From positions 41,354,001 through 41,418,000 of the forward strand of contig CM075984.1 of assembly GCA_038087875.1 (NCBI GenBank): a stretch of 64,000 nt of DNA. Direction: 5' to 3'. The stretch comes from Malacoraja senta (Eukaryota). Each line of letters opens with the position of its first letter. The stretch's first letter is position 1. Under the pieces are notes generated by a model. It did not search any database. It saw nothing but the letters and a program-made list of their open reading frames with translations, and was not told where the DNA came from. Below are positions 51,413-63,350 of this stretch, piece after piece. Both the position numbers and the translations under genes were made by a program.

Positions 51413-52514
51413 AACAAAAGATACTTTTGTATCTGTACAAATGTATCACCAGCTTTTGATCAAAGTTAATCCATTGTCCAGATCTAAGGATGAGTGAGGA
51501 CAGGGTATGGCAACATAGTGAAAGGAGAAGGGAAATAAATACACAAGAGACCAGGTCTACAAACTTGTTAAACTCATATTTGATTCAATTGATAATCTTC
51601 TGTCACCAAAAGCCCGCAGGAACAGTACACTGCAGAACATTAATTTTCTGTAGTTTATTACCTGCCGAGATTCCCATTTATTGTCAATACTCAACTACCG
51701 TTGTGAAGATAGTGGTGACTGCTTTCTTGCAGCAGTCCATCTGGTCAAGGAACTAGCACAATTCTGCTTGGTAATGAGTTCTAGGCCCAATGAGTATGAA
51801 CAGCAAACATATTTATAATCAGGATGGTAGGCGACTTTGAAAGTTTCTGCAGATAATGGCATCCCATCCCAACACCTTAACCATTCTAGTGGTAGAGGTT
51901 GAGAGTATGGGAGTTGCTGTTGGAGTGACCCAAGCACTTCTCAGAGTATTTTCCCAAAGGGCACATTCTGCAGGCACGGTGCCACGGAATTAGACATCAT
52001 GGGCTGCTTTCTATTGGATGGTGCCGGGTTATCTCAGTACATTTGGAAGCTGCACCTACCTAGCCAAATGGAGTGACGTGCTGTGTAGATAGTGGAAAAA
52101 GTTTCAGTGTATCAGAAGGCAAGAGGCTCAGAGCCGGGCACTCAGCCTCCAACCAACTCCTGCGGCTACAGGATCAGTCCAGCTTCTGATGATTGGAATT
52201 CCCCCAGGATGAAGATGGCAGCGGGTGGAAAAGGTGGTGTGAATGACCTTACCTGGCAGGAAAAGTGTAGGAAGCAGAAAGCATGGGGAGCAAGGAAAGA
52301 TTTTTCAGGAAATTGGTTCAAGCAAATGGCGAGTGGATTAGAAGGAACTTTATATTTTGAAAATTTAGTGCACCTAACCAACAAAAGTTTAAACCTTGCC
52401 AAAACCTCGCAATCAAAAACAGGGAATGTTTTATCACTTTGAAGAGCACAATTACCTTGAAACGTTACAACTGGACGGTTAGTGAGGATAGGGACTGGGG
52501 AATGTGACACCTAC

Positions 52515-52604
52515 CTGCAGCCACTTGTTGAAGGGTTGTCCTGTTCTGAGCTAGCACTGATGAGGCTGAATCCATTTGAGCTGCAGTGGCTCTGAAAATT
52601 GGAG
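52515..52604 (-). CDS. PER2: PER2 exon 3 (SNFQSHCSSNGFSLISASSEQDNPSTSGC), includes the N-terminal TSGCS degron
   Basis: atacag acceptor giving phase 2 to 2, gtaggt donor, 90 nt. Confidence 0.9.
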
Positions 52605-53805
52605 CTGTATAACAAAAAGTAAAATTGTCTTAGTTTTGATTTGAAGGTCAACAATCATTCATGCTATAAATGCCTGAAAGGGAAAAAAAATCAACATTTT
52701 GGAGACACAAGAAACTTGGAATCTTCAGCAAAACACAAGTGCTGATTAAAACAGCAGGTCAAGTAGCATCTGTGGAGAGGGGATGAACAAATTACATTTT
52801 GGGTCGCGACCCTTCTTCAGGCTGATTGAATCAAACTGCAGAAGGCTCCCGACCTGAAATGCCTTCTGCCCATTCCTCTCCCTTCCCCCACACAGATGCT
52901 GCCTGACTGCCAAAACACTTCCTTTCACTTGATTCACACTGAATATTACCAACACAAAGTTTATGCAAGCAAGTTTTAAGGAGGGGGTGCACAGGCTGCT
53001 GATGAAAGTTTCTGTCTATCTTACAAATAAAACCACAGACATTCATGGTCAAAATACACTTTACCATCATCTCAAGTTCATTAGGGCATGGCAAAGCAAT
53101 TTTCCACTACAAACAGGTCGAGAAATACAAAATGGCAATAAAAGCAAGGGGCTATTGCCTATTTGGGATCATATTTATTCAGGAAGACTGAGTGAAAATC
53201 AAATACACCGCCAGAATTATCTGAGAGAAACAAACATAATTGAATCTCAATGAAATGCAGCAAAAATACCACAACTCCTGTGCAGTTCAACAGCCAGTGG
53301 AACAGTTTCACAAATCTAACCCTTGAACTGAAAGTTCATCAACATTCTTCTAGAATTGAAGCAAATACCCATTTCAGAATAGGTTTCTTCTCCACACCAA
53401 CAGAAAAAGGATTCTAGGAATTCATGACTTTGCAGCTTGAGCGAAGGTTTTCCTTGTATGTTTAATCGCCCCATTTCCTTGTATATCATGCCATTTCTAC
53501 CATACATCCAATTGGGGGAAAAGAAAAATCACACAGAGCAAACCCATAAATTAGTAGGTACTTCAAATTATGCGGAGAAGAATGCTAATGGTAGACAAGC
53601 TTTGTTACAAATTTTTTAATGCGTTGGAAACCAATCCAGTTAGGTACAGTGTTGCAACAGTACATTTATTGAGGAGTTGTGTGCATGTTACATATGGAGT
53701 AAGACAAGTGTGGAGATCTAGATTAGATTACTCTGAAGTAAAACATTAGTCAGTACAATTTTAAATGTTGTTTTGTCAGATGGCCCAATTATTACAACAG
53801 TAAAT

Positions 53806-54126
53806 AGGGCAGTCACGGTGGCGCAGTGGTAGAGTTGTTGCCTTACAGCGAATGCAGCAACGGAGACCCGGGTTCGATCCCAACTACGGGCGCTGTCGGT
53901 ACGGAGTTCGTACGATCTCCCCGTGACCTGCGTGGGTTTTCTTCGAGATCTTCGGTTTCCTCCCACACTCAAAAGATGTACAGGTTTGTAGGTTAATTGG
54001 CTTGGTAAATGTAAAAATTGTCCCTAGTGGGTGCAGGATAGTGTTAATGCGCGGGAATCGCTGGTCGGCGCGGACCTGGTGGGCCGAAGGGCCTGTTTCC
54101 GCGCTGTATCTCTGAACTAAACTAAA
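53806..54126 (+). mobile_element. HE1-like SINE, full length
   Basis: A-box TGGCGCAGTGG, B-box GGTTCGATCC, V-domain, TAAAC tail. Confidence 0.88.
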
Positions 54127-55347
54127 AAAAACCTATATAGGAAAATTTAGAACAAGCACATCAACTTTTATATAGACACACAAGATATTGCAGATGCTAG
54201 AATCTTGAGCAAAACAAAAACAGCTGGAGGAGCTCAGAGGGTCAAGCAGCATCTGTGGAGGGAAACAGGTAGATGGCTTTTCGGGTCCTGACCCAGGACG
54301 TTGTCTGACAATTTCCCTCCATAGATGTTGCCATACCTGCTGAGTTCCTCCAATACTTGTTTTTTTGCTCAGACAATAGATGCAGGAGTAGGCCATTCCG
54401 CCCTTCGAGCCAGCACCGCCATTCAATGTGATCATGCCTGATCATCCCCAATCAGCACCCTGTTCCTGCCTTCTCCCCATATCCCCTGACTCCACTATCT
54501 TTAAGAGCCCTACTGCAGGAGTGGGGCGCCGTTGTGTGGCTGCTCTCCCTGCAGTCCGTCCTTTCACCCTTTTTTATTTTTATTTTTAGTCCTGTCAAAA
54601 AACAAATGTTAGTTGGAGGTCTTTTATGTGGTGGGTGGGAGGAGGGGAAGGGGGAAACTTTATTTCTTAGTCCCCTACCTGGTCAGAGAGGCGGCTTCCC
54701 TCCGAGCTGTTTCTTCACCCCTTCCTCGCGGCCTACCATTGGACTGGAGCGGCGTTTCCTGTCGGGACCGGCCGGGACTACAGCTTCGGTGGCGGCACAG
54801 CGCTGGGACACCAACACGGAGCAGGCGATGCCTTACCGGGCCGCTGTGCGGTAAGCTCCGGAGTGCGGTGACCGCCGACTCCAACATCGAGGAGCTGTGG
54901 CTGCGAGCCAGGGGTCCAAGATCGCCAGAGTCAGAGCTCCAACCAGCGCGGCCTGAGGACTACGGGCGCCGTGGTCTCCGGGGAGGGAGCGGCCGCTCCA
55001 GACATTCTCCAAGCCGCTGAGGAGTGTTCCCCCAACGGCGGAGTTCCAGCTTTCCGGCAAAGAGGGCCTGAAAACATCAGACTGGCTGTGGAGGCCACAA
55101 ATAGGCCCCGACCTCAGGTGTTTCACAGAGGATGAGGACTTATCTTTTTGTTGCCTTTCCCCACAGTGGAAAATTTTGATTCTGTTGTGGCGGGATGTTC
55201 TTGTTGAATTCTATAATGTTATGTCATTTTTCTGATTTTTAATTTTTCTATGGATGTACGGAAACTTAAGTATTTCTTTTATTATTTCTTTTATGTAAAG
55301 CACTTTGGTTTCAACGCGAGTTGATTTAAACGTGCTATATAAATAAA

Positions 55348-55745
55348 ATTTACTTACTTACTTACTTACTATCTAGCTCTCTCTTGAAAGTATCCAGAGA
55401 ACTGGCCTCCACCGCCCTCTGAGGCAGAGAATTCCACAAACTCACAACTCTCTGTGTGAAAAAGTGTTTCCTCATCTCCGTTCTAAATGGCTTACCCCTT
55501 ATTCTTAAACAGTAGCCCCTGGTTCTGGACTCCCCCAACACGGGGAACATGTTTCCTGCCTCTAGCGTGTCCAAACCCTTAATAATCTTATGTTTCAATA
55601 AGATCCCCTCTCGTTCTTCTAAACTCCAGAGTATACAAGCCCAGCCGCTCCATTCACTCAGCATATGACAGTCCCACCATCCCGGGAATTAACCTTGTAA
55701 ACCTACGCTGCACTCCCTCAATAGCAATAATGTCCTTCCTCATAA
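55348..55745 (-). mobile_element. CR1-type LINE fragment ending in (TAAG)n
   Basis: Highly similar to the 46075-46638 copy (KGLDTLEAGNMFP..FRTEMRKHFFTQRVVSLWNSLP). Confidence 0.88.
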
Positions 55746-57694
55746 TTTGTTTATATAATTGATAGCAACACTAATTCCTGTTAAACTGCTCTTGACAACT
55801 TATATAACATAGTTGCAACACATACGAAGCCTGGTGATTAGCCTCGAGCACTGAAAGTACATGTGAGCGCTAATGTTATGTAACTAGGATTAGGTGTTCC
55901 TGCGGTTGCTTCCTGACCATTCCAATCAGTTTTAGGTTTAGAAACTGCTCATATAACCTTCATTTCAAGAATCAAATCTTACATCAGTAATATTTTCCAA
56001 ACCAGAAGAAATATTATATTTTTGAATGAGCGAAGCAAGACAATAGCTGCTTTAATGCAAGACCTATAAAATCCAAAGCACCCCACCCAACCACTTGAGA
56101 ACAGGGAGAGCCAGTGAATCAACATATTGCAATGGTAATGATAATTATGCCGTCAACAATTGGTTTAACATCCATGATACAGATCTTCATAAACAGGGCG
56201 CCATGTTATTTCAGAAGAGTTATTTTATAATTATGAATTCAAGAAATATTAGAAGAGCATCCACTTTAGGAAGGTGTGTGCTTTAGTCCAACACCACACC
56301 AGGCAGTGTTTGCGAGGCTCAATGATAGGATAAGCTTAGGGAAAGAGATATTAAGCGACTCTACAATTCTAATCTTCATCCAGTGACCAAAACTTGCAGA
56401 GATGCTGAAAGAGTCTCAATTGTGATTCTCGCCCTACAGGTTATAGAAAATAGGTGCAGGAGGAGGTCATTTGGCTCTTCGATTCATTGTGATCAGGGCT
56501 GATCATCCACAATTCATGGCTGATCATCCGCATTGTCTGGTCGATACTACCAGTTGCCAACTGATGCAAGGATACACAGACATTTGGGTGAGGGGCTATC
56601 AAGGGAACTAAAAACCCACAACTAACTAAATAAATTCAATGATATATTCATGAATAGAATAGGCTACTAAATTAGCAAGAATAACAAAGGTATAGCTCTC
56701 CAAAACAAGCTCATCCATATTGAAAATTCAAAAAAAGTCTTGATAACTTCCCACAACTGTACATATTGTTGGGGCGACCATATTTAAAGGTTGGACAAAA
56801 GATGTCAACCAAACGGGAAAGTACCAAACCTCAATATTGTACACCCATATTACTTTAAATACACAAGTAGAAATTACTTGGAACCAACCTGCCAGTAGGC
56901 AATTTTTTTTCAAATGAGAGAGACATGAAAGGAAGCCTCTTATTTCGCGTATATACTTCAGCAATTTTCTGTTTTCTTTTCTTTGTATTAGTACTTTAGA
57001 AATTACACAGTAAATATAAGAATGTCATAATTTGTAAGTTTACACATAATAATACCGTTTATTAATTGTAATTTTTTAGCCATTGCAGTCATGCATCCAA
57101 TTTTAAATTTATACAAATAAATGTTTTCTTATTTCATTTGGTATGTTAGTTCACCAAGCTATGAATTTGGATATCTCACATGACAATTCAGTTCAAATGT
57201 ATCTCCAATACATGCAGCAAGCACATTACTGCCAAAATGCCACTGCTGAGCAGCACTGGAAAAGACCATTGAAAACACTTCAGCCAAAAAATATTTGGCT
57301 GAAGTGACTAAAAAGTCCTTAATAATTAATATGTCAGCTCCAAAAATGAAAAACTGGAGATCCATAAAGTAAATAATAGCCAAACAGCACAAGGTCAACA
57401 TAAACACACAATGGGGATAGGGTATTTTTTTTGGAGTGAAGTGCAAAGCATTTCTCTTTTTCTTCCTTTGTTTCCCTATATTGTTGAACTGCTGGGGCAC
57501 TTGAGGCTTCTCCAATAACATCTCATTAGGAAGTGTCAGATCATCGAAGATGGTGTAAATCTCAGCTGCTTTCTTTGTGTGGAAAAGTGCAAAGTCCACT
57601 CAACATAGATGGAACACTCAACATCTGACTATATGTTGTGCCACAAGAGGGGAGAAAGTTGGTGCGGTTCACAGCGACACCAAACTACTCTTCA

Positions 57695-57879
57695 GGGGCC
57701 TGTCCCACTTAGGCGACTACCAGGGACTAGTTTTAATGGAATTCACCTACGGAAGCACCTATGTCAACCTACGACAGCAAAATTTGTCGCCACTGTCGCC
57801 TAAAATATTTCAACATGCTGAAAATTTTGCAGCAGTCGCCTATAGTCGCCAAAAAAATCGTCCAAGGGGGACAGGCCCA
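57695..57879. mobile_element. PIF/Harbinger-type MITE, same TIR family as 50655
   Basis: GGGCCTGTCCCACTT...AAGGGGGACAGGCCC with imperfect TCA/TTA flanks. Confidence 0.75.
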
Positions 57880-58809
57880 TTAGACATTCATTATGCACTT
57901 CATTATGTGTGATAAATAAATACAATAATACATTATCAAATATTCAATCAACATCATATTGAAAAAGATAACGTTATCCACTGTACATCTGTCAGTATGA
58001 AGCTACATTAGCTATTAAATTTTAATGTGCTTACATTAAATTTCATATTTTAGTCGTTTTAACAATTACATTATGTTCATAGTGTCAGATGCACATATTC
58101 CAAAGACACACACCAAAACAAAACACAGACTGTGTAGAGAACATACATTTTGTTGTGTGTCAAACACAAGAATTACTGGTGAAATTTCCAAGACATGAAT
58201 CCATGTCAGGGAAATCATTCAAATTATTATCCAAATACTAGCTCGCAATGATACTTTGTATATTCTGTAAAATTTACTTTCCCCATTGCTAACTAGCAAG
58301 AATCCCTCCGTTGCCCTACACAAAATCAAGGTAGTAAGTGAAAGGCAATAGCTTGTCAATGGTATTTATTCACCAGTAAAACAAGTGGAGCAACACATGT
58401 GAAAGACAGGAGAATAATGGAGGGTTTGAGCTGAATTTTTGCAAAAACTTCAGTGTAAACTAAAATATGCACTACTATTAAAAACAAAAACAAAAAATCA
58501 TACGACTTCTACTTCAGTCTTTTATTTAGCTCAGAGATTAAAAGTGTCAAACAAAAGCCTAGGAATTTGTGATGAAAGCCACTTGTCAAATAGCATTTTT
58601 TGAAATGTATTCAGTGTATTTCCAAAAATGAAGGTAACCTGCTCATTTTCATAATACAAGTCCAGTAGACACTGGTTTCATTATCAATAGGATATGCGAT
58701 TGGATTGTCATGCAGAGATGATGGACGGCACAACCGAATTACCAATTTTGGTTGCCCAGCACAAACGCTGGAGCAGCCAGAACATTTATATCAAGTACAA
58801 TTTTCCTAC

Positions 58810-59057
58810 CTTTGGCTGCTCTTTACTGAATCCAAGTGCAAAGCGGAATCTTTCTCATTATGGCTGGCAATACTGCGTGAACTCTCCGAAAACTCATTCC
58901 CATTTGAACCAGTTCCACTTGAGCCATTGCTTTTCATCTCCACATCATCGTGCATCTGCTGCCCTTCTTGATCCGGTGTTTGATTCTGAATATTGCCGCT
59001 TCTTAAATGCAGCACCAATTCGGCCTCTTGGAATCCAGGCTCTGAGTAAGTGGCCAT
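58810..59057 (-). CDS. PER2: PER2 exon 2, first coding exon (MATYSEPGFQ...DDVEMKSNGSSGTGSNGNE...)
   Basis: atacag acceptor at 59068-59069, 10 nt of UTR, AGAATGG start context, gtagga donor; DVxM.SxGSSG motif; all 22 coding exons join into a 3720-nt open frame. Confidence 0.9.
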
Positions 59058-59124
59058 TCTCTGGAGTCTGTATAAAAATGAGAAAGCATAGGAATCATAA
59101 CCAAAACATTGAGTACGAGTCAGG

Positions 59125-59718
59125 AAATCACTTTTTGCCACATTGGTTAAGCTGCATTTGGAATATTGATTGCTCTTCTGGTCACCCCATTACAGGAAGG
59201 ATGGTGAGGCTTTGGAGAGGGTGAATAGGTTTACCAGAATGATGCCTGGATTAGGAGGCTTTAGCTACTTGGAGAGGTTGAATACACTTGGATTGTTTCC
59301 TCTGGAACGCTGGAGATGGAGGTGAGACCTGACAGAATTGCATAAAATTATGAGAGGCATAGATAGGGTTGACAGTCATAACCTTTATCCCAGGATAGAA
59401 ATATCAAATACAGGAGGGCATAGTTTTTAGGTAAGGGGGGGTAATGTGAAAAGGAGATGGAGGGGGGGGGGGGTTGCCCCCCCTATATCTTCACAGAGAG
59501 TGATGTACCTGGAATGAGCTGCCAGGGGTAGTGATGGGGGCAGCAGATACGTTAGTCACATTTAAGAGAGTTTTTGGATACGTACATAAATTTGCAGGGA
59601 ATGAATGGATGGATATAGATCACATGCAGTCAGCTCAAAGCTGGTCTTGGCATCATGTTTGGCAAAGACATTGTGGGCCAAAGGGTTTGTTCCTGTGCTG
59701 TACAGTTCTACTGTTCTA
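59125..59718 (+). mobile_element. Old CR1-type LINE 3' fragment in PER2 intron 1
   Basis: Degenerate WSP..RKD..LER..RFTRMMPGL coding remnants and a GGGCC.AAGGG..TGTTCCTGTGCTGTAC tail. Confidence 0.65.
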
Positions 59719-61101
59719 AATATCATATTCATGACAGATTAAAATAATGCAATCATTCTTGCCAACATTTATATACATGTTTCAACAGTATTAACCAAAT
59801 ATAACTTTGAGCATAGATGATAACTGGTTAAATGGTGATTGGCCATCCAGGGTACAAAATTTGGCTCCAATTGCTAGGGTGCTATGGGAGCAAAGGTAGC
59901 TCCACTTTGGTGATCAATGCAAGTGGCATATGTGTAGCGAGAGTCCATTGTTTGCCATGCTGGGAAAAGCCCAGGCGAGTGTGGCACTGATGTAGCATTT
60001 GGCAGCACCTGGACTATTTAACGGAATTATGAATTATCTGAAGGCTTGTAATAAATGATTTATAGATTGCTGCCTCCATAATGTACAAGTCAGGGGTTTC
60101 TCCCCTGTGGTACCAAAACATTACTGGTCAAATTCAAATACACCCATTCAAGGTGAGGATAGGTCAGGTTTGGCAATGGGATTCGTTGAACAGGTGAGCA
60201 CAGGAATAGTGGACCGAATGGCATCCTTTCTGCTGTTGGGATTCTTTGAATGCTCCAAACTGCGGCTTATCTGTTCAGAATATTTTTTCTAAATACTGTA
60301 TTTTTCTACTCGTTTGTTTTCTCACATTTCTTACACTGCATTGGCTCCGGTTGTAACGCTGCAACTACACGACAAAAAAAACACCGAGTTTCACAATAAA
60401 CTTAATCATCGGGTGTCAGAAAACTGCAGGAAACCATCACGATTTCATGTTCCTGATAACTTTTGTTTAAACCAGCAGGGCAAAGACATTTATCAGAACA
60501 ATTAAAGTCTCGTCTTTCGGCGCCGGCTGAAATGTTACAGTTAAATGGAAAAAACTTAGGAAACCAAAATCGATCAAAGCTATAGCTTGACAACTGAGCA
60601 CGACAGAAAGGCGTAGCATTTTGCAACTGGGCTGTATACCGGGTCGCTTTAACTTACCTCGCTGCGTGTTCAACGCAGATCACTTCACGGTGAATATAAC
60701 ACCACCACTGTATAGGACCAGATCACCTAATCTCTCTCCAAACACATTTCTCATAACAAGTTTCCCCGGCACCAGAGGGATTACATCACTGATCTACACA
60801 ATAGATCTACTGATTAAAAGCCACGAGTTGAAGACCTGAAGTGATTAAGACCTTAAGATTGAAGGTCTGAAGGGTCTCGACTCGAAATGTCACTCATTCC
60901 CTTCTCTCCAGAGACGTTGCCTGTACCGCTGAATTACTCCAACATATCTTCGGTGTAAACCGGCACACTCAGCTCCTTCCCACACCTTAATCATTCTGAC
61001 CGCAGTGAATTAAATCCTTGTATATGAAAACCGCGACACCTATTCATCGGGTGAACCGCGATCTATCCAGAGGCTCGGAAATATAGCAGGCGATTTCTTA
61101 C

Positions 61102-61460
61102 CCCGTTTTCAGGGAGGTGAGAAGAAACTCTTGGAAGAAGCAGAGCAAGTGAAGCGACACTCCTGTAGGGCAGCGCTACGACTGCTGCCGGCCGGCCGAC
61201 CGATCGACGGACTGACGGACGGCTGCGAACTGAGGCAATGGCTACTGCTCGCTACACTCGCCCCAACTCGGGCTGCTGCAACTCGACCCACTGTTGCAAC
61301 TCGGCCCGCTGTTGTGCAACTCGGCTGCTCGCTACATTCAGGTCGCTGTTGCAACTCGACTGCTCACTACATTCAGGTCGCTGTTACAACTCGACCCACT
61401 GTAACAACCAAAGATCCTTTGGTAACAACTCGACTGCTGCCGTTCGCTACATTCGCGTCG
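61102..61460 (-). other. PER2: Predicted non-coding PER2 exon 1 (5'UTR)
   Basis: CpG-rich; donor GG|gtaaga at 61101; TSS inferred about 20 nt downstream of the CACGTT E'-box by analogy to mammalian Per2. Confidence 0.65.
61245..61460. repeat. Imperfect tandem repeat (CAACTCG and CTACATTC modules) inside the PER2 5'UTR
   Basis: CAACTCG occurs 7 times; CTACATTC occurs 3 times plus one CTACACTC. Confidence 0.85.
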
Positions 61461-61463
61461 CTG

Positions 61464-61632
61464 CACACACCACAGAACGTGACGGGCCCCGCCTCCGCCC
61501 CATTGGCCGGCGGCTCCCGCGGAGAACCACCCCCTCCATTGTTACGTCGGTCCCAGCGGGCGGCGGCGCGCCGCCATTGGCCGGCGAACCTGCCCATCGG
61601 CCGATGGCTACAAGCCTCACGTGGAATCCAAT
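61464..61632 (-). promoter_or_regulatory. PER2: PER2 CpG-island promoter: E'-box CACGTT (61476-61481) with partner TGTGTG, GC boxes (61487-61500), CCAAT boxes (61502-61506, 61576-61580), canonical E-box CACGTG (61618-61623)
   Basis: Motifs read directly in a CpG-rich island immediately upstream of the predicted exon 1. Confidence 0.75.
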
Positions 61633-62185
61633 GTGTGTTGTGTGTCCGCGCTGTAAATCCCCGCCGCAGGCGCACACCACCGCCCCGCCGTTAAGTATTT
61701 GCTCTTTAAAAAAATATATATATATATCTCGCAGTGGGGCTGTAACATAGGCCGCCCAATCACACGGTCGTGTAAGCATGGGTGCGGTTTCTGTCGTGTG
61801 GCTGGCACTGTGGTGAGAGATAATATGCAGACAAAACAATGGCCTAGAATTTGGTCCCAGGTTCCCAAGTGAATATCCTGGGAGTGTTATCCTGGGAGCT
61901 GCGTATCCCTTCTGATTCGAGGAATAATTTGCAGTTAAGAGAATCAAAGAGAATAATGTCATAAAAAAATAATAATAGAGGCGCGATGTTTCAACCGTTA
62001 AGAAACAATTAGTCAAGTCAAGTCACATTTATTTATATAGCACATTTAAAAAACAACTCTCGTTGGCCAAAGTGCTTTGCATTTGTTATAAGAATAGCAC
62101 AAACAAAACAAACTACATACATATATACATGTAACCCTCACTCAGAGGACGTCAGGAAAGGCTTGGGAGTATAGATAAGTCTTTA

Positions 62186-62452
62186 AACCCCTGTCTCACT
62201 GTGCGAGCTGACCCACGAGGTACCCCGAGCTTAAAACAAATTTAACTCGTGGTAATCACGTACGATAAACGTAGCGGGAACGTCGGAACTCGTGGACGCA
62301 ACTTAGCGACTCTTGAAAAAATTCAAACATGTTTAAACTTTTCCACGAGTAAAATATACTCTTGAGGTTAAAATTTGAAACATTTAAACACGTTGTAAGA
62401 ACGCAGTGGCCCGTGCGTTTACCTTAGTGACTCGTGAGTCTACCGTGGGAAC
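62186..62452. mobile_element. Truncated Harbinger-type MITE
   Basis: TTAA followed by ACCCCTGTCTCACT (TIR-like); right end missing. Confidence 0.4.
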
Positions 62453-62520
62453 TCTTTAACTCAGCGGGCAGGCAGCATCTCTGGAGAGAAGGAATGGGTG
62501 ATGGGATGACATTTCCAAAT

Positions 62521-63350
62521 TGGGGGGGAGTGGGGGGTTGGAGGAGGGAGGGGGGGGGTTGGAGGAGGGAGGGGGGGTGGAGGAGAGAGGGTGGAGAGTG
62601 GAGGGAGAGGAGGGGGAGACAGATGGGGGTGTCTTCATTCACTAGCGGCGGGTGCCGGTCACTGAAACAGGCAGATGAGATTTCACATCCACCTGTGTGT
62701 GTGTGTGTCTCTCTCCCTCCCTGCCTCTCACACAGGCTGAGAGACTCTGCCTCTGTGAGTGTACGTCTCTTTCTCCCCCTCTCCCACACACAGTAAGACC
62801 AAGGTAAGTCCATCTGTGTAAGGCCATCTGTGTCTCCCACATACACAGTAAAACTCTGCTTTGTGTGTATATACGTCTCCCCCATTTCTCTCTTCCCCCC
62901 CACCTCTCTCTCTCCCCCACACACAATAAGACCGATGTATTCTGCTTAGTCTCTCTTCCCTCCCACACACACAGATAGACCGAGGTCCTGTGCGCTCTTT
63001 CTCTCCCCCCCACAGTCACGCCGAAGTACACCACACTGCCTCTGTGCCTCTCTCTCTCTCTCTATCTCTCTCCCCATCTCCTTCATACACAGTCAGTGGT
63101 CCACACTGTCTCTGTGTCTCTCTCTCCCCTACACACACACACAGACTGAGGTACACACTGCCCGTTGTGTGTGTGTGTCTGCCTCTGTCTCTCTCCCACA
63201 CACACAGTTAAAGGTACTCCACGCTGCCTGTGTGTGTGTGTGTCTCTCTCTCTCTCTCTGTCCCACCCCCCACACCCACACACAGTCAGTCAGTCAGAGG
63301 AACTCCACACTGTGTGTGTGTGCGCCTCTGTCTCTCCCTATCACAGTCAG
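62521..63350. repeat. G-rich tract (62521-62630) followed by a (CA)n/(CT)n/(GT)n mosaic low-complexity region
   Basis: GGAGGAGGGAGGGGGGG repeats, then repeated CTCTCTCCCACACACAG modules. Confidence 0.85.

Noticed and set aside
52591-52593. Alternative acceptor ttttcag 13 nt inside PER2 exon 3
   Set aside because: It would shift the frame; the upstream atacag acceptor gives the correct phase.
53806-53890. tRNA-like sequences with A and B boxes (also at 7130, 17040, 27746)
   Set aside because: These are SINE heads continuing into the V-domain and LINE-derived tail, not tRNA genes.
24524-59057. Possibility that the Period gene is PER1, PER3 or a pseudogene
   Set aside because: SYSSTIVHVGDKKPQ, the CACGTT-N6 promoter element and HES6 linkage point to PER2. 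All 22 coding exons have GT-AG sites, correct phases and no stops.
61245-61460. Repeat-spacer look resembling a CRISPR array
   Set aside because: Eukaryotic context, irregular short imperfect units, no unique spacers and no cas genes.
61131-62016. Several overlapping 100-190 aa ORFs over the PER2 promoter and exon 1
   Set aside because: Stop-poor GC-rich repeat sequence with no recognisable domain.
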